Of a DNA stretch of 64,000 bases, positions 26,866-37,884 are shown piece by piece; position 1 is the first letter of the stretch, and every line of letters begins with the position of its first letter. The stretch lies in NCBI GenBank assembly GCA_964448725.1, contig CAYVAJ010000002.1, positions 66,587 to 130,586 on the forward strand. The letters run 5' to 3'. The notes under the pieces were generated by a model, which saw only the letters and a program-made list of their open reading frames with translations, searched no databases and had not been told where the DNA came from. A program made the translations under genes and the position numbers. The DNA is from an uncultured Gammaproteobacteria bacterium. GTDB taxonomy: Bacteria; Patescibacteriota; Microgenomatia; Levybacterales; GWA1-39-11.

Positions 26866-27198
26866 ATGTCCTATTTAGACGAGATCGACGAAGGTGGCTT
26901 TAATTCTAATGCACATCGGGCAACGCATGATCGTCCGTACTTTGGACGTCTGCAAGTTCTAAACATTGCAGAAGTCCAGGTAGGGAAGGTATATCAACGT
27001 GTCTACGCTTCAGGATCCGTGATAATCGAGATCCTAGAACCGCCTTTTAAGAAAAAGAACGGTTGGTGGGTAAAGGTCAGAAATCTGACGTACCCACGCG
27101 AAGACACGATATCCTTGGAGGACGCAGGTGTCACTCCATATCAGGGTGATAATGGCCCAGTATGGAATCCTAGAAACCATCTGCTGAGGGTGGAATGA
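26866..27198 (+). CDS. hypothetical protein (first gene of the fibre/ATP-synthase operon)
   Basis: RBS GGAGG; followed by a stem-loop at 27218-27249. Confidence 0.4.
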   Translation: MSYLDEIDEGGFNSNAHRATHDRPYFGRLQVLNIAEVQVGKVYQRVYASGSVIIEILEPPFKKKNGWWVKVRNLTYPREDTISLEDAGVTPYQGDNGPVWNPRNHLLRVE

Positions 27199-27383
27199 TT
27201 TTTTCTCTTTTCATTACTCCCTGCTGGGTTTTAAAAGCTTAGCAGGGAGTCTCTATTTAGAAGTATAAATTTTCATGATCACTGAATAAAAATTTCTTGT
27301 TTTTATGTAAGTATATCTTGATTTTGATTGCAATCTGGTGAAGTAATTGGGTATGATAGAATTGGGCGATTTAACAGTTACGA

Positions 27384-30300
27384 ATGGATCCAGATTCTTT
27401 AACCAGAAGTAAAAAAACTTCATCCTTTTTAAAACTTTACGGTAAGATTGCAGCATACAGCTTGGCTGTTGTGTTTGGAATCATAACTGTAGTGTATATT
27501 ATTGATTGGAACTCAGAGTCGGAAGATCCAACAACTCCTACAAAAACAAATCCAATGCCCGAAGTTTTGGCTGAAGCAGACAGTTTATTTGAGTCAGGGG
27601 GTGTAGTATTTGGTATTCCAACAAATTTTACTGCAGCAGCAACATTTGGTTCAGACATTACCGTTGCTCAAGATACTAATCTTGAAGGGGATTTGTATTA
27701 CAGAGGAGATTTAGTTGATCTTTCAATAATTGTCGATGGATTGGAAATAGACTCAGACTCGCTTTCAACCATCCTGGATGAAGGTGTTGGAATTAGTATC
27801 ACAGGTGATGAAGTACTGCAGATAAATAATACTGGTGTACTGTCATTTAATGGCCTTACCGGTGATGTTGTCTATGAGATTGAAGAACATAATATGTTTA
27901 AAAATATTCTTGTGCCTGGTAATGCCACAATTGTAGCAGATTCAACGAATGATTCGTTAACATTTATTCCTGGTGACGGAATTTCTCTTGCGACAGATGC
28001 GACTGGTAAAAGTATCACAATAACAAGCTCAAGCGCCTCTAGTGGTGTTAATACAATTACTGGCATACCAAATCAAGTTATTGTTACAAGACTTGGTCAG
28101 GATGTTATACTCTCACTCCCTCAAGATTTTCATACAGCTGCGAGTGTTACATTTTCTGAAATGACTTTGGCAGATCCAATTACTTCTGCTAATGTACTTT
28201 CATTTACTTCAAGCGGGCGTATCTCCACATTAAATAATGCTGATTTACTCCTCGGGAGTAATAGTACTGGAAATATACAATTCATATCAAAGGGAGCCAC
28301 ATCATTGTTGCTTAATGGATCAGACTTGGTTGCAAGCGGTTCGCTTACTGGAGTCACAGATTTTAGTGCCTCAGGTGAGATAGAACTTACATCACTTGCT
28401 AATGGAATTGTGCAAGCGCAAGGATATACATTAACCAGTGGACCTATCAATCTTGCAAGCAGTAACCACGTATCAGGAATTTTATCCGCAGAAAATGGCG
28501 GAACTGGTACTGATAAGACACCATTGGATGGACAAATATTAATTGGTAGCGGTCACACAAAAAGTTATGAACCGAGACATTTAAGTGTGGGTACTGGTAT
28601 TTCTGTAACAAGAAACCCCTATTCGTTAACTCTTACAAATAGCGGAGTAACAAAAATTGCTGGAGGAGTGAGGCATATTTTGGTGAATGGATCATATTCA
28701 CCAACAGGACTGACAGGTGATGTTACATTAACATTACCCCAGATACTTGATACTGTAGCCTCACCAACATTTGCAGCGTTGCGGCTCACCTCACATGAAG
28801 ATATTCTTACCTTTACTGCAGAATCAGGAGATTTAGCCTATCTCCAGATAGGTGAGCTTACACAGAATAGGAATTACACTCTCCCAGATGAATCAGGTAC
28901 TTTTTGTCTTACTTCAGGTAACTGTGTTGGAATTGGTGGAGGGCTTGTCGGAACCGGTACTGCCAACTATATTCCTAAATACTCAAATGCAAATACACTT
29001 ACGCCATCACTCATTTATGATGATGGATCAAGTGTGGGAGTTGGAACAACGCTCCCTTTGCTGGGAGTAGCACTTGATGTGAATGGTTCTCTTCGCATTG
29101 GAGTTGCAAGAGGCACATATGACATTTTGAACACTGTACCTGCACAGGGAGATCCATTGGCTTCATTATTCTGGGGAGATAGAACACTCTGTGATTCTAG
29201 TGGGAGTTGTCAGGGGACAGCAGGTGCAGGAGTTGAGAGCATGGGGACAGATGGATATATTGCTCTTTTTTCTAACAGCGGGAATACTCTCGCGAACTCT
29301 CTTATCTATGATTCAGGATCTGCTGTTGGGATTGGGACAACTACACTCACAGGATTTATTACGATTTCAGGAAGTAGTGAAAATTCAGCACTCTCCATCA
29401 ATCAGACGAACTCAGTAGGGGATATTATCAGTGCGTCAATTGAAGGGGAAGAGAAGATGATTCTAACCAGTGTCGGTGATCTGGATTTGGTGAGTGGGGT
29501 ATATAAAAATAAAGGAAATTCAGGTGCAACAGTAGGAGGATATTCTTGTGTAACAACAAGTGGTGGTATTGTTACCGGAAGCGGAGCATGTCCTGTAGAT
29601 CCATCTGCTACGTTGTGGGAATCACAAGGAAGTCTTACCTTTGCAAAAAATACGAATCATAATTTTGCACTTGGTGGTACAACCGTAAATAATGCAAAGT
29701 TCGCAGTATTAAATATAGATTCTGGTGATCCGACTATTTGGTTGAGAAGTTCTCCTACCCAAACTTTGTCAATTACCTCAAGCGGTACTTTTAAAACAAT
29801 TAACGATGCAAATATTACACTCGAATCAGGTGAAGATATTGTACTCAAACCAGGCAGTGGCGATATTGTTGTAGAAGGTAAATTAGTAACTCCAGAAAGC
29901 TCAGATTTGATAGTGGAACCTGAAGGGTCATTTCATGTTAGACCTCACGGACAGCAGGTATTGAGTGTTTCAACAGATGGAGTGGGAGTTAATACTACAA
30001 TTTCGCGTGGGGCATTTACTATAAAAGAACTGTCAAGTTTCCCAACACAAGGAGAAGGGGAGGGAACTCCTGATAATAATTTGATTTTAGATCCTGCAGA
30101 CAGTAATTTCTCATCTAATACTGGACATTGGACCTTATGGTCTGGATGGTCGATTAGTGGAGGAAGATTAACATATAGCGGAGGTATTGCTACTGCATCT
30201 TTAGAAAACCAATATATAGGCAATTATATTGAAGCCGGTAAAACCTATACAGTGAAATTTGATTTATTGGAAACAACTTCTCCAGGGGCGATTGGTATCC

Positions 30301-32168
30301 AAGTTGGGAATGCACAAAGTGGTATGATTTGGGCAGATATGCCTCCATATGATTATGGGACAAAAACATCTGTTATTACTCCCACATCGTCTGGAAATTT
30401 ACATATATATGCAAATAATGGATGGCAAGGCTCAATTACAAATATAAGAATAACTTCCCCAGGTATAGAGCCACCTCCATCTACCCCACCTTCACCAGAT
30501 CCATCAGGACCAGGTCTTGTGCTTGTTAGTAGCGATGGTGCCTTAACCCCACTTGAGATGAGAGCAGGAGGAAGCGGACTATCCAACACATTTGTAGGAT
30601 ACTCTGTAGGTGGATTAAATGAATCAGGAACACATAATGCAGGGTTTGGGGCAGAAGCGCTCTATAGTTTATCACTAGGAGATTACAACACTGCTATTGG
30701 ATCTGAGGCGTTATATAACAATCTCTCAGGTTTGGACAATGTTGCATTAGGATATAAATCAGGATACCACTTAAGTGGTGGATCTGGAAATGTATTTGTT
30801 GGCTCAAATGCAGGGCCATCAAGTTCTGCTGAATTATCTAATCAATTATATATTGCAAATGCTGCAGGAAATCCTCTTATTTGGGGAGATTTCAGTGAAA
30901 AAATGGTGGGAATAAATCTTGCAGATACTACATCTGCAAATAATACGTTAAGTGTTGCTGGTAGTTTGTGTGTAACTGCAACGGGAGTATGTGAAAATAA
31001 TTCTGATGGAACGATTTATACCACCAACACGGTAGTAACAGGGGCAGATGTTGCAGAAAATTATGTGTCTGCTCAGCAGTTACATCCTGGAGATGTCGTG
31101 AGTATGGCTAACAATGGTAATTCTCAAGCAGTAGTAAAAGCACATGCTGCATCCAATACTTTGCTTGGTGTCGTTTCAACAGCTCCTGGTCTCACACTTA
31201 ATTCTGATGCGAGAACAGATAAGGTACATAAATATATATACCCAATCGCTTTAAATGGAAGAGTTCCGACAAACGTAAGTACAGAAAATGGGTTAATTTC
31301 AGTAGGTGACCCGCTTACCGTTGGCTCTACTCCAGGAGTAGCAGTAAAAGCAATAAACTCGGGATATATTATTGGACGTGCACTTGAATCATATTCTGGA
31401 TCAGGGACTGGTACGATAATAGTATATGCTAATGCAGGTTGGTACGCACCGTTGATTGTAAATGGTGATGGAAATATCGTCTCTGATTCTGAACTTGTGA
31501 TGAATACAAATAATGAGTTTTCTCTATTATCTATAAAGGGTCTACCTTCAACAGATGATACATATGAGGAATCACTACAGACTTTGGATGCAAAGATTTC
31601 AGGACTTGAAAAAAAAATCCAAGAGCTTGAAAAAAGTCTGAATCTAATCGAAGAGATTAAAAATTCTGATACAATGCCTCGATCTAAAGAAAGCAGTGAA
31701 TTATTGGATGGATTAGGTGAAATTTCTCTAGAATCTGCTTCTATTGCAGGTTCGTTAAGAGTAGAAGCACTGTATCTTGATGGAAATGGGAGTATTAGTA
31801 CACAAGATACTCCGCTTCGGCTTCAAGCAAATAGTACTCACAATATTGTGATGTTTGATGGAAGTATCATATTTGCTGCAAACGGTGATATTTCAACTTC
31901 AGGTACAGTCAAAGCAAAAAAAATTGACATTGATACAAGTGATGAAGAAGCAGCTTCAATCGGAGTTGGTACAATAAAAGAAGGTGAAAAATCAGTTACC
32001 GTCAACACAAAAGCAGTGACTGAAAAATCAAATATATTTATTACACCAAAGACGTTATTTCCCGGGATGATCGCGGTAACAGAACAGACAGAGAATGAGT
32101 CATTTAAAGTTGAAATAGAAAAAGATGCGACAAAAGATATTCTGTTTAACTGGTGGATAGTAAATTAA
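27384..32168 (+). CDS. giant N-terminally membrane-anchored surface fibre protein (1594 aa) with tail-fibre-like repeats
   Basis: single N-terminal TM (AAYSLAVVFGIITVVYII); long Thr/Ser/Gly/Asn-rich beta-type repeats; Pro-rich linker PPPSTPPSPDPSGPG; NTAIG/NVALG-type tail-fibre repeats; coiled-coil segment; C-terminal domain paralogous to the N-domain of the next gene. Confidence 0.7.
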   Translation: MDPDSLTRSKKTSSFLKLYGKIAAYSLAVVFGIITVVYIIDWNSESEDPTTPTKTNPMPEVLAEADSLFESGGVVFGIPTNFTAAATFGSDITVAQDTNLEGDLYYRGDLVDLSIIVDGLEIDSDSLSTILDEGVGISITGDEVLQINNTGVLSFNGLTGDVVYEIEEHNMFKNILVPGNATIVADSTNDSLTFIPGDGISLATDATGKSITITSSSASSGVNTITGIPNQVIVTRLGQDVILSLPQDFHTAASVTFSEMTLADPITSANVLSFTSSGRISTLNNADLLLGSNSTGNIQFISKGATSLLLNGSDLVASGSLTGVTDFSASGEIELTSLANGIVQAQGYTLTSGPINLASSNHVSGILSAENGGTGTDKTPLDGQILIGSGHTKSYEPRHLSVGTGISVTRNPYSLTLTNSGVTKIAGGVRHILVNGSYSPTGLTGDVTLTLPQILDTVASPTFAALRLTSHEDILTFTAESGDLAYLQIGELTQNRNYTLPDESGTFCLTSGNCVGIGGGLVGTGTANYIPKYSNANTLTPSLIYDDGSSVGVGTTLPLLGVALDVNGSLRIGVARGTYDILNTVPAQGDPLASLFWGDRTLCDSSGSCQGTAGAGVESMGTDGYIALFSNSGNTLANSLIYDSGSAVGIGTTTLTGFITISGSSENSALSINQTNSVGDIISASIEGEEKMILTSVGDLDLVSGVYKNKGNSGATVGGYSCVTTSGGIVTGSGACPVDPSATLWESQGSLTFAKNTNHNFALGGTTVNNAKFAVLNIDSGDPTIWLRSSPTQTLSITSSGTFKTINDANITLESGEDIVLKPGSGDIVVEGKLVTPESSDLIVEPEGSFHVRPHGQQVLSVSTDGVGVNTTISRGAFTIKELSSFPTQGEGEGTPDNNLILDPADSNFSSNTGHWTLWSGWSISGGRLTYSGGIATASLENQYIGNYIEAGKTYTVKFDLLETTSPGAIGIQVGNAQSGMIWADMPPYDYGTKTSVITPTSSGNLHIYANNGWQGSITNIRITSPGIEPPPSTPPSPDPSGPGLVLVSSDGALTPLEMRAGGSGLSNTFVGYSVGGLNESGTHNAGFGAEALYSLSLGDYNTAIGSEALYNNLSGLDNVALGYKSGYHLSGGSGNVFVGSNAGPSSSAELSNQLYIANAAGNPLIWGDFSEKMVGINLADTTSANNTLSVAGSLCVTATGVCENNSDGTIYTTNTVVTGADVAENYVSAQQLHPGDVVSMANNGNSQAVVKAHAASNTLLGVVSTAPGLTLNSDARTDKVHKYIYPIALNGRVPTNVSTENGLISVGDPLTVGSTPGVAVKAINSGYIIGRALESYSGSGTGTIIVYANAGWYAPLIVNGDGNIVSDSELVMNTNNEFSLLSIKGLPSTDDTYEESLQTLDAKISGLEKKIQELEKSLNLIEEIKNSDTMPRSKESSELLDGLGEISLESASIAGSLRVEALYLDGNGSISTQDTPLRLQANSTHNIVMFDGSIIFAANGDISTSGTVKAKKIDIDTSDEEAASIGVGTIKEGEKSVTVNTKAVTEKSNIFITPKTLFPGMIAVTEQTENESFKVEIEKDATKDILFNWWIVN

Positions 32169-32169
32169 T

Positions 32170-32976
32170 ATGAACATGACCTGCCTAATCAAAAAAATTG
32201 TATCAACAAAAAATATTCTTTGTCTCACCGCACTGATACTTCTCAGTATGTCGATGTTTACAATACCAACGCTCGCAACAGTCTCCTATGGAATTGCTAA
32301 CCGTATTACCATAGACGATACCAATGTAAGAACAGGGAGTATTGTTTCATCACGTGGAACAGGGGGATTTATTTTAAGCAGCATTCCCTATGACCCTTCG
32401 ATTGTTGGTGTTGTTACGGATAATCCGGCAATTTTAATTCATCTCAGTAATGCACAAGGAGAATATCCGGTTGTCTCAACTGGAAATGCGATGGTAACAG
32501 TATCACTTGAGAATGGATCAATTAAAAAGGGGGACCCTATTACCACTTCTTCTGTAAAAGGGGTGGGAATGAAGGCGACAAAATCAGGGTATGTAGTAGG
32601 TAATGCAACGCAAGATTTTTCTGGTAACAATCCTAACGAGATGCGGGCAATAAATGTAGCAGTCAATATCCGTTATCAGAATCCTAAAATTGATGTTCAA
32701 TCAAAACTTTCTGATATTGCCAATTTATCTGCGGCTGCAGTTTCAGAAGAACCATTAACCGTTTTTAAGTATGTAGTAGCTGGATTTATTATTATCCTCT
32801 CTTTTATTATTGGTTTTTTGACATTTGGAAGAATAGCAGCACGAGGAGTGGATGCGTTAGGAAGAAATCCTTTAGCCATTAAGAGAATTGGATTTGGAAT
32901 CGCGCTTAATGTTATCATAACAGTAGGCATCATTATCTCAGGAATCGGTATTTCTGTTTTCATTTTAAGAATATAG
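32170..32976 (+). CDS. fusion protein: signal peptide, then an extracellular domain, then a C-terminal ATP-synthase c-subunit-like helical hairpin lacking the conserved carboxylate
   Basis: C-terminal 70 aa VVAGFIIILSFIIGFLTFGRIAARGVDALGRNPLAIKRIGFGIALNVIITVGIIISGIGISVFILRI has the c-subunit topology and the R-N-P polar loop, but Asn where the ion-binding Glu/Asp should be; sits in the c-subunit position of the operon. Confidence 0.55.
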   Translation: MNMTCLIKKIVSTKNILCLTALILLSMSMFTIPTLATVSYGIANRITIDDTNVRTGSIVSSRGTGGFILSSIPYDPSIVGVVTDNPAILIHLSNAQGEYPVVSTGNAMVTVSLENGSIKKGDPITTSSVKGVGMKATKSGYVVGNATQDFSGNNPNEMRAINVAVNIRYQNPKIDVQSKLSDIANLSAAAVSEEPLTVFKYVVAGFIIILSFIIGFLTFGRIAARGVDALGRNPLAIKRIGFGIALNVIITVGIIISGIGISVFILRI

Positions 32977-32977
32977 T

Positions 32978-33667
32978 ATGGAACTTATTGTGCTTTTAAT
33001 TACATTAGTCATTACTGCAGGTTTTATTGCTCTCTTCGTTTTTTGGCGCAAACTTAAAATAAAAGAGAAAAGAATTCAAAGAATTGAGTCTAGACTTCAT
33101 CGCCATTCTGTAAAAACAATGGAACAAGTACATCAAAACTCTGAACAGATTCTCCGCGAGTCATTGAGTAAAGCTTCAGATATTATCAAAGATACGAAAA
33201 CGGTGAAAGAAGAAAATGAGAAAAAGCTCGAGGAAGTCTTACAACAGACTGCAAAGCAACATGTAGATATTTTAGAACAGCAGTTGGGGGAAATTTCAGA
33301 TACGTTCGGTGCAGAGTTTGAGAATCTTGAAAAATTGTATGAAAAACAGGCTAAAAAAACATTGTCTAAGATGGAGTCTACTGGAAAAGTTGGATTGGAA
33401 AAATTGGAAAAGGTTTTAGACAAACAAACAGTTTCATTGCAAAATTATCTTAAGCTGAAAGTAGATTCTGAGTTTGAGAAAGCACAACGTGAGATTGATA
33501 ACTACAAAAGGGCTGAATTGAAAAAAGTAGATAAATCAATTCAAGAATTAGTTAAAAAAACTGTTTCTGAAGTGATTGGAAAAAGTATTCCAATGAGTGA
33601 GCATGAAAAGCTCATTATTGCAGCTCTAGATGAAGCAAAACTCGAAGGTATGTTTAATCATGAATAA
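32978..33667 (+). CDS. atpF: F-type ATP synthase subunit b-like (single TM plus long coiled coil)
   Basis: N-terminal TM then about 200 aa of charged coiled coil; position in the operon. Confidence 0.6.
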   Translation: MELIVLLITLVITAGFIALFVFWRKLKIKEKRIQRIESRLHRHSVKTMEQVHQNSEQILRESLSKASDIIKDTKTVKEENEKKLEEVLQQTAKQHVDILEQQLGEISDTFGAEFENLEKLYEKQAKKTLSKMESTGKVGLEKLEKVLDKQTVSLQNYLKLKVDSEFEKAQREIDNYKRAELKKVDKSIQELVKKTVSEVIGKSIPMSEHEKLIIAALDEAKLEGMFNHE

Positions 33668-34127
33668 AGAGGCTTATATCGAAATACTAAAAAATATATA
33701 TACAAAAAAACAAGCTGACACATTTGTTGCAAATATAGATACGCTTATCGCATCTCTTTACAGTAAGGGAAGAACTCTCAATAAAATACAAGCAACTTTT
33801 TCATTGGAGCTCAGTGAGGAAATTATTGAGGTGATGAGAAAAGAAAAAATCTCGTTCAATGATAATGATGCTTGTAAAAAATTTTTTGAATCATTACGAA
33901 AGATCGTATTGGATATACCTACAATTGATCTCACAATTTCGTTTGATCCAACGCTTTCACAAGTCCAGAAAATTTGCCACTGGATTATCAACAATAAAAA
34001 AGAAAAGCATCTTTTACATATAATTGTTGATCCAGGAATAATCGGGGGTGTACAGATAGGATTGGACGGTCGGTACAAAGATAAATCACTGAAAGCTAAG
34101 CTTGGAGATATGACAATTTCCCTATGA
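33660..34127 (+). CDS. atpH: F-type ATP synthase subunit delta (OSCP)
   Basis: C-terminal ...IVDPGIIGGVQIGLDGRYKDKSLKAKL; start chosen at ATG 33660, which overlaps the atpF stop (ATGAATAA); the track ORF starts at 33630. Confidence 0.6.
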   Translation: MNKEAYIEILKNIYTKKQADTFVANIDTLIASLYSKGRTLNKIQATFSLELSEEIIEVMRKEKISFNDNDACKKFFESLRKIVLDIPTIDLTISFDPTLSQVQKICHWIINNKKEKHLLHIIVDPGIIGGVQIGLDGRYKDKSLKAKLGDMTISL

Positions 34128-35596
34128 ACAATTTTTCTCAATATTTGGAAACAACAGGAGAGTATGGTGTGGTTAAGGAGTTGAAGTCTTCGATTGTAAA
34201 GGCTTCAGGTATTCCCAAAGCAAAACTCCATGAATTGGTACTTTTTGAGTCAGGCAAAATGGGACAGGTTTTTTCAGCCAGTCGGGATATTGTCGAGGTT
34301 CTCACGTTCTCAAAAGAGCCAGTAGCAATCGGTGAGAGATTTGTACGAACTAATAGGATGATTTCTGTGCCAGTAGGGGAAAGTCTGCTTGGTACAATTA
34401 TTGATCCTCTAGGATTACCTTTCCCAAACGTAAAAAACTTTAAGAGACCCAAAGAGATGCGTGAGATTTTTGTTGAAGCGCAAAAAATTGATGTACGTGA
34501 GGCAATCAATAAACCTCTTTTGACGGGTGTGAATATTGTTGATTTGTTGGTTCCTTTAGGTATGGGACAAAAAGAGCTTGTTATTGGTGACAGAAAAACC
34601 GGAAAAACTGCGTTCGTGCAAACTACGATGGTTAACCAAATAAAAAATAACAATTGTATTGTTATTTATGCAGGAGTTGCAAGAAAAACTCATGAGATAA
34701 AAAGACTTCATAACTACCTTCTCACTGAGAAGATAATGGATAAAGTGATAATTGTAGCCTCTGATTCTCAGGATTCACCTAGTCTCATTTATTTAACTCC
34801 ATACACTGCAATGACGATTGCTGAGTATTTTCGTGATCAAGGACAGGATGTCTTATTGATTTTGGACGATTTATCTACTCATGCAAAATTTTATCGCGAA
34901 GTTTCTCTCGTGGGTAAAAGATTTCCAGGAAGAGACTCATATCCAGGTGACATTTTTTATGTACATGCTCGACTTTTAGAAAGGACAGGAAACTTTACGC
35001 ATGCAAAAAAAGGGGCTGTTTCAATATCCTGTCTGCCGATAGTCGAGATAGTGGAGGGCGATTTGGCATCGTATATCGCGACTAATATTATGGGTATGAC
35101 AGACGGACATATACTCTTTGATAGCGGTGCATTTCATGATGGAAGACGTCCTGCTATCACTCCCTCTCTCTCTGTGACGAGGGTAGGAAAACAAGCACAA
35201 TCAAAACTCAGGCGTGAGATTACTCAGACCTTAACTGCGTTTTTAGCAGAATATGAAAAAATGCAAAATTATTCCTACTTTGGAGCGGAGCTTTCGGATA
35301 AAGTAAAAGATTTATTAACTACCGGTGATAAAATGTACCGCTTATTTAACCAATCATATAGGCTCATCGTACCTGAAAAAGTGCAGACTATCTTATTTAT
35401 GCTTACGTGGATGAAAGCATTTAATACGTACACCAATGATCAAATTGAGACAGCAATCACAAATCTTTCACACGTTGCAGAGGAAGGTAAATTAGATCAG
35501 CTTTTTAATGCATTAGAGAAAGTAGAGACACTTAAAGAACTTGAGAAATTAGTTGAGATGAATAAAAGTAAAATTCTCAAATTATGCAAAGTTTAA
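34124..35596 (+). CDS. atpA: F1 ATP synthase subunit alpha
   Basis: P-loop GDRKTGKTA; alpha-type N-terminal beta-barrel and nucleotide-binding domain. Confidence 0.85.
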   Translation: MNNFSQYLETTGEYGVVKELKSSIVKASGIPKAKLHELVLFESGKMGQVFSASRDIVEVLTFSKEPVAIGERFVRTNRMISVPVGESLLGTIIDPLGLPFPNVKNFKRPKEMREIFVEAQKIDVREAINKPLLTGVNIVDLLVPLGMGQKELVIGDRKTGKTAFVQTTMVNQIKNNNCIVIYAGVARKTHEIKRLHNYLLTEKIMDKVIIVASDSQDSPSLIYLTPYTAMTIAEYFRDQGQDVLLILDDLSTHAKFYREVSLVGKRFPGRDSYPGDIFYVHARLLERTGNFTHAKKGAVSISCLPIVEIVEGDLASYIATNIMGMTDGHILFDSGAFHDGRRPAITPSLSVTRVGKQAQSKLRREITQTLTAFLAEYEKMQNYSYFGAELSDKVKDLLTTGDKMYRLFNQSYRLIVPEKVQTILFMLTWMKAFNTYTNDQIETAITNLSHVAEEGKLDQLFNALEKVETLKELEKLVEMNKSKILKLCKV

Positions 35597-36495
35597 AAGA
35601 ACTACGTGAAAATATTGCAGCTGTGGGAACTATGGGAATGGTTGTTCAAGCTATGCAGGAAATCTCAGTTATGAAGATGCAAAAAGAGAGAAATGGTGTG
35701 GTGCAGACCCGTTTTTTACTCGATCGATTAACAGATGTTTTTTATGATGTTAAAACAAATTATAGAAAAAAGATATTACGAATTGTCAGGAAAAAAAATA
35801 AAGATCTTGAAGAACATTCTTCTTTTGTTAAAAACGGAAAATCTGCTGCTGTTTTTCTTTCATCAAATGGAAAGCTTCAAGGAGATATTATTGCCAAAGT
35901 TTATAAATACTATGCAGAGTCGATCAAAAATAAAACAGATGATATTTTTATTGTGGGTAAGGTAGGAAAGGCGATGTATGAAAGTAGCGGATCTAAAAAA
36001 CCGATCCAATACTTTGAAATTCCTGATAGTGATGTGAAAATTGATGACTTAAAAGAGTTAGTATTGAGCTTGATCAACTATCAGAAAGTCGATGTATATT
36101 ATGGAAAATTTGAGAGTATTGTTACTCAAAACCCTACTGTTTCAAATGTTTCAGGGCATAAAACAGAAGATAATATTCAGAACTTACTATACAAAGATGT
36201 TGAGGAAAAAGATAAAAATGGAAAAGAAAAAGATGATTATAAACACTTTCTTTTTGAGCCATCACTTGAAAATATTTTGCAGTTTTTTGAAACACAGGTA
36301 TTTGCCTCTCTATTTAAACAAACAGTAAGTGAGGCACAACTTGCGCGCTATGGGTCACGAATACGTTCTATGGGTGAGGCAATTGGACATATTGAGGGCG
36401 AAAAGAAAAATTTATTAAGCAAAGAAAGGAGGACCAAGCAGATGATCAATAATAAGAAACAGTTAGAAAGGCTATCAGGGGTCATGCTTTGGTAA
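35584..36495 (+). CDS. atpG: F1 ATP synthase subunit gamma
   Basis: N-terminus MQSLKELRENIAAVGTMGMVVQAMQ... matches the gamma N-terminal helix; position between alpha and beta. Confidence 0.7.
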   Translation: MQSLKELRENIAAVGTMGMVVQAMQEISVMKMQKERNGVVQTRFLLDRLTDVFYDVKTNYRKKILRIVRKKNKDLEEHSSFVKNGKSAAVFLSSNGKLQGDIIAKVYKYYAESIKNKTDDIFIVGKVGKAMYESSGSKKPIQYFEIPDSDVKIDDLKELVLSLINYQKVDVYYGKFESIVTQNPTVSNVSGHKTEDNIQNLLYKDVEEKDKNGKEKDDYKHFLFEPSLENILQFFETQVFASLFKQTVSEAQLARYGSRIRSMGEAIGHIEGEKKNLLSKERRTKQMINNKKQLERLSGVMLW

Positions 36496-37881
<1,386 letters not shown>

Positions 37882-37884
37882 CAT

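Noticed and set aside
27218-27249. Stem-loop CTCCCTGCT...AGCAGGGAG between the 110-aa gene and the fibre gene, considered as a terminator
   Set aside because: It has a 9-bp stem but no downstream U-tract. It is more likely an RNA-stability or attenuation element, so it was not called a terminator.
27437-30589. Minus-strand ORFs (63-106 aa) inside the giant fibre gene, and the + strand 28852/29191 ORFs
   Set aside because: They are nested in or antisense to a continuous 4.8-kb ORF with a coherent repeat architecture.
35735-36328. Two + strand ORFs (76 and 78 aa) internal to atpG in another frame
   Set aside because: They are Lys/Leu-rich frame-shifted shadows of an AT-rich gene. The atpG reading frame has the conserved gamma N-terminus.
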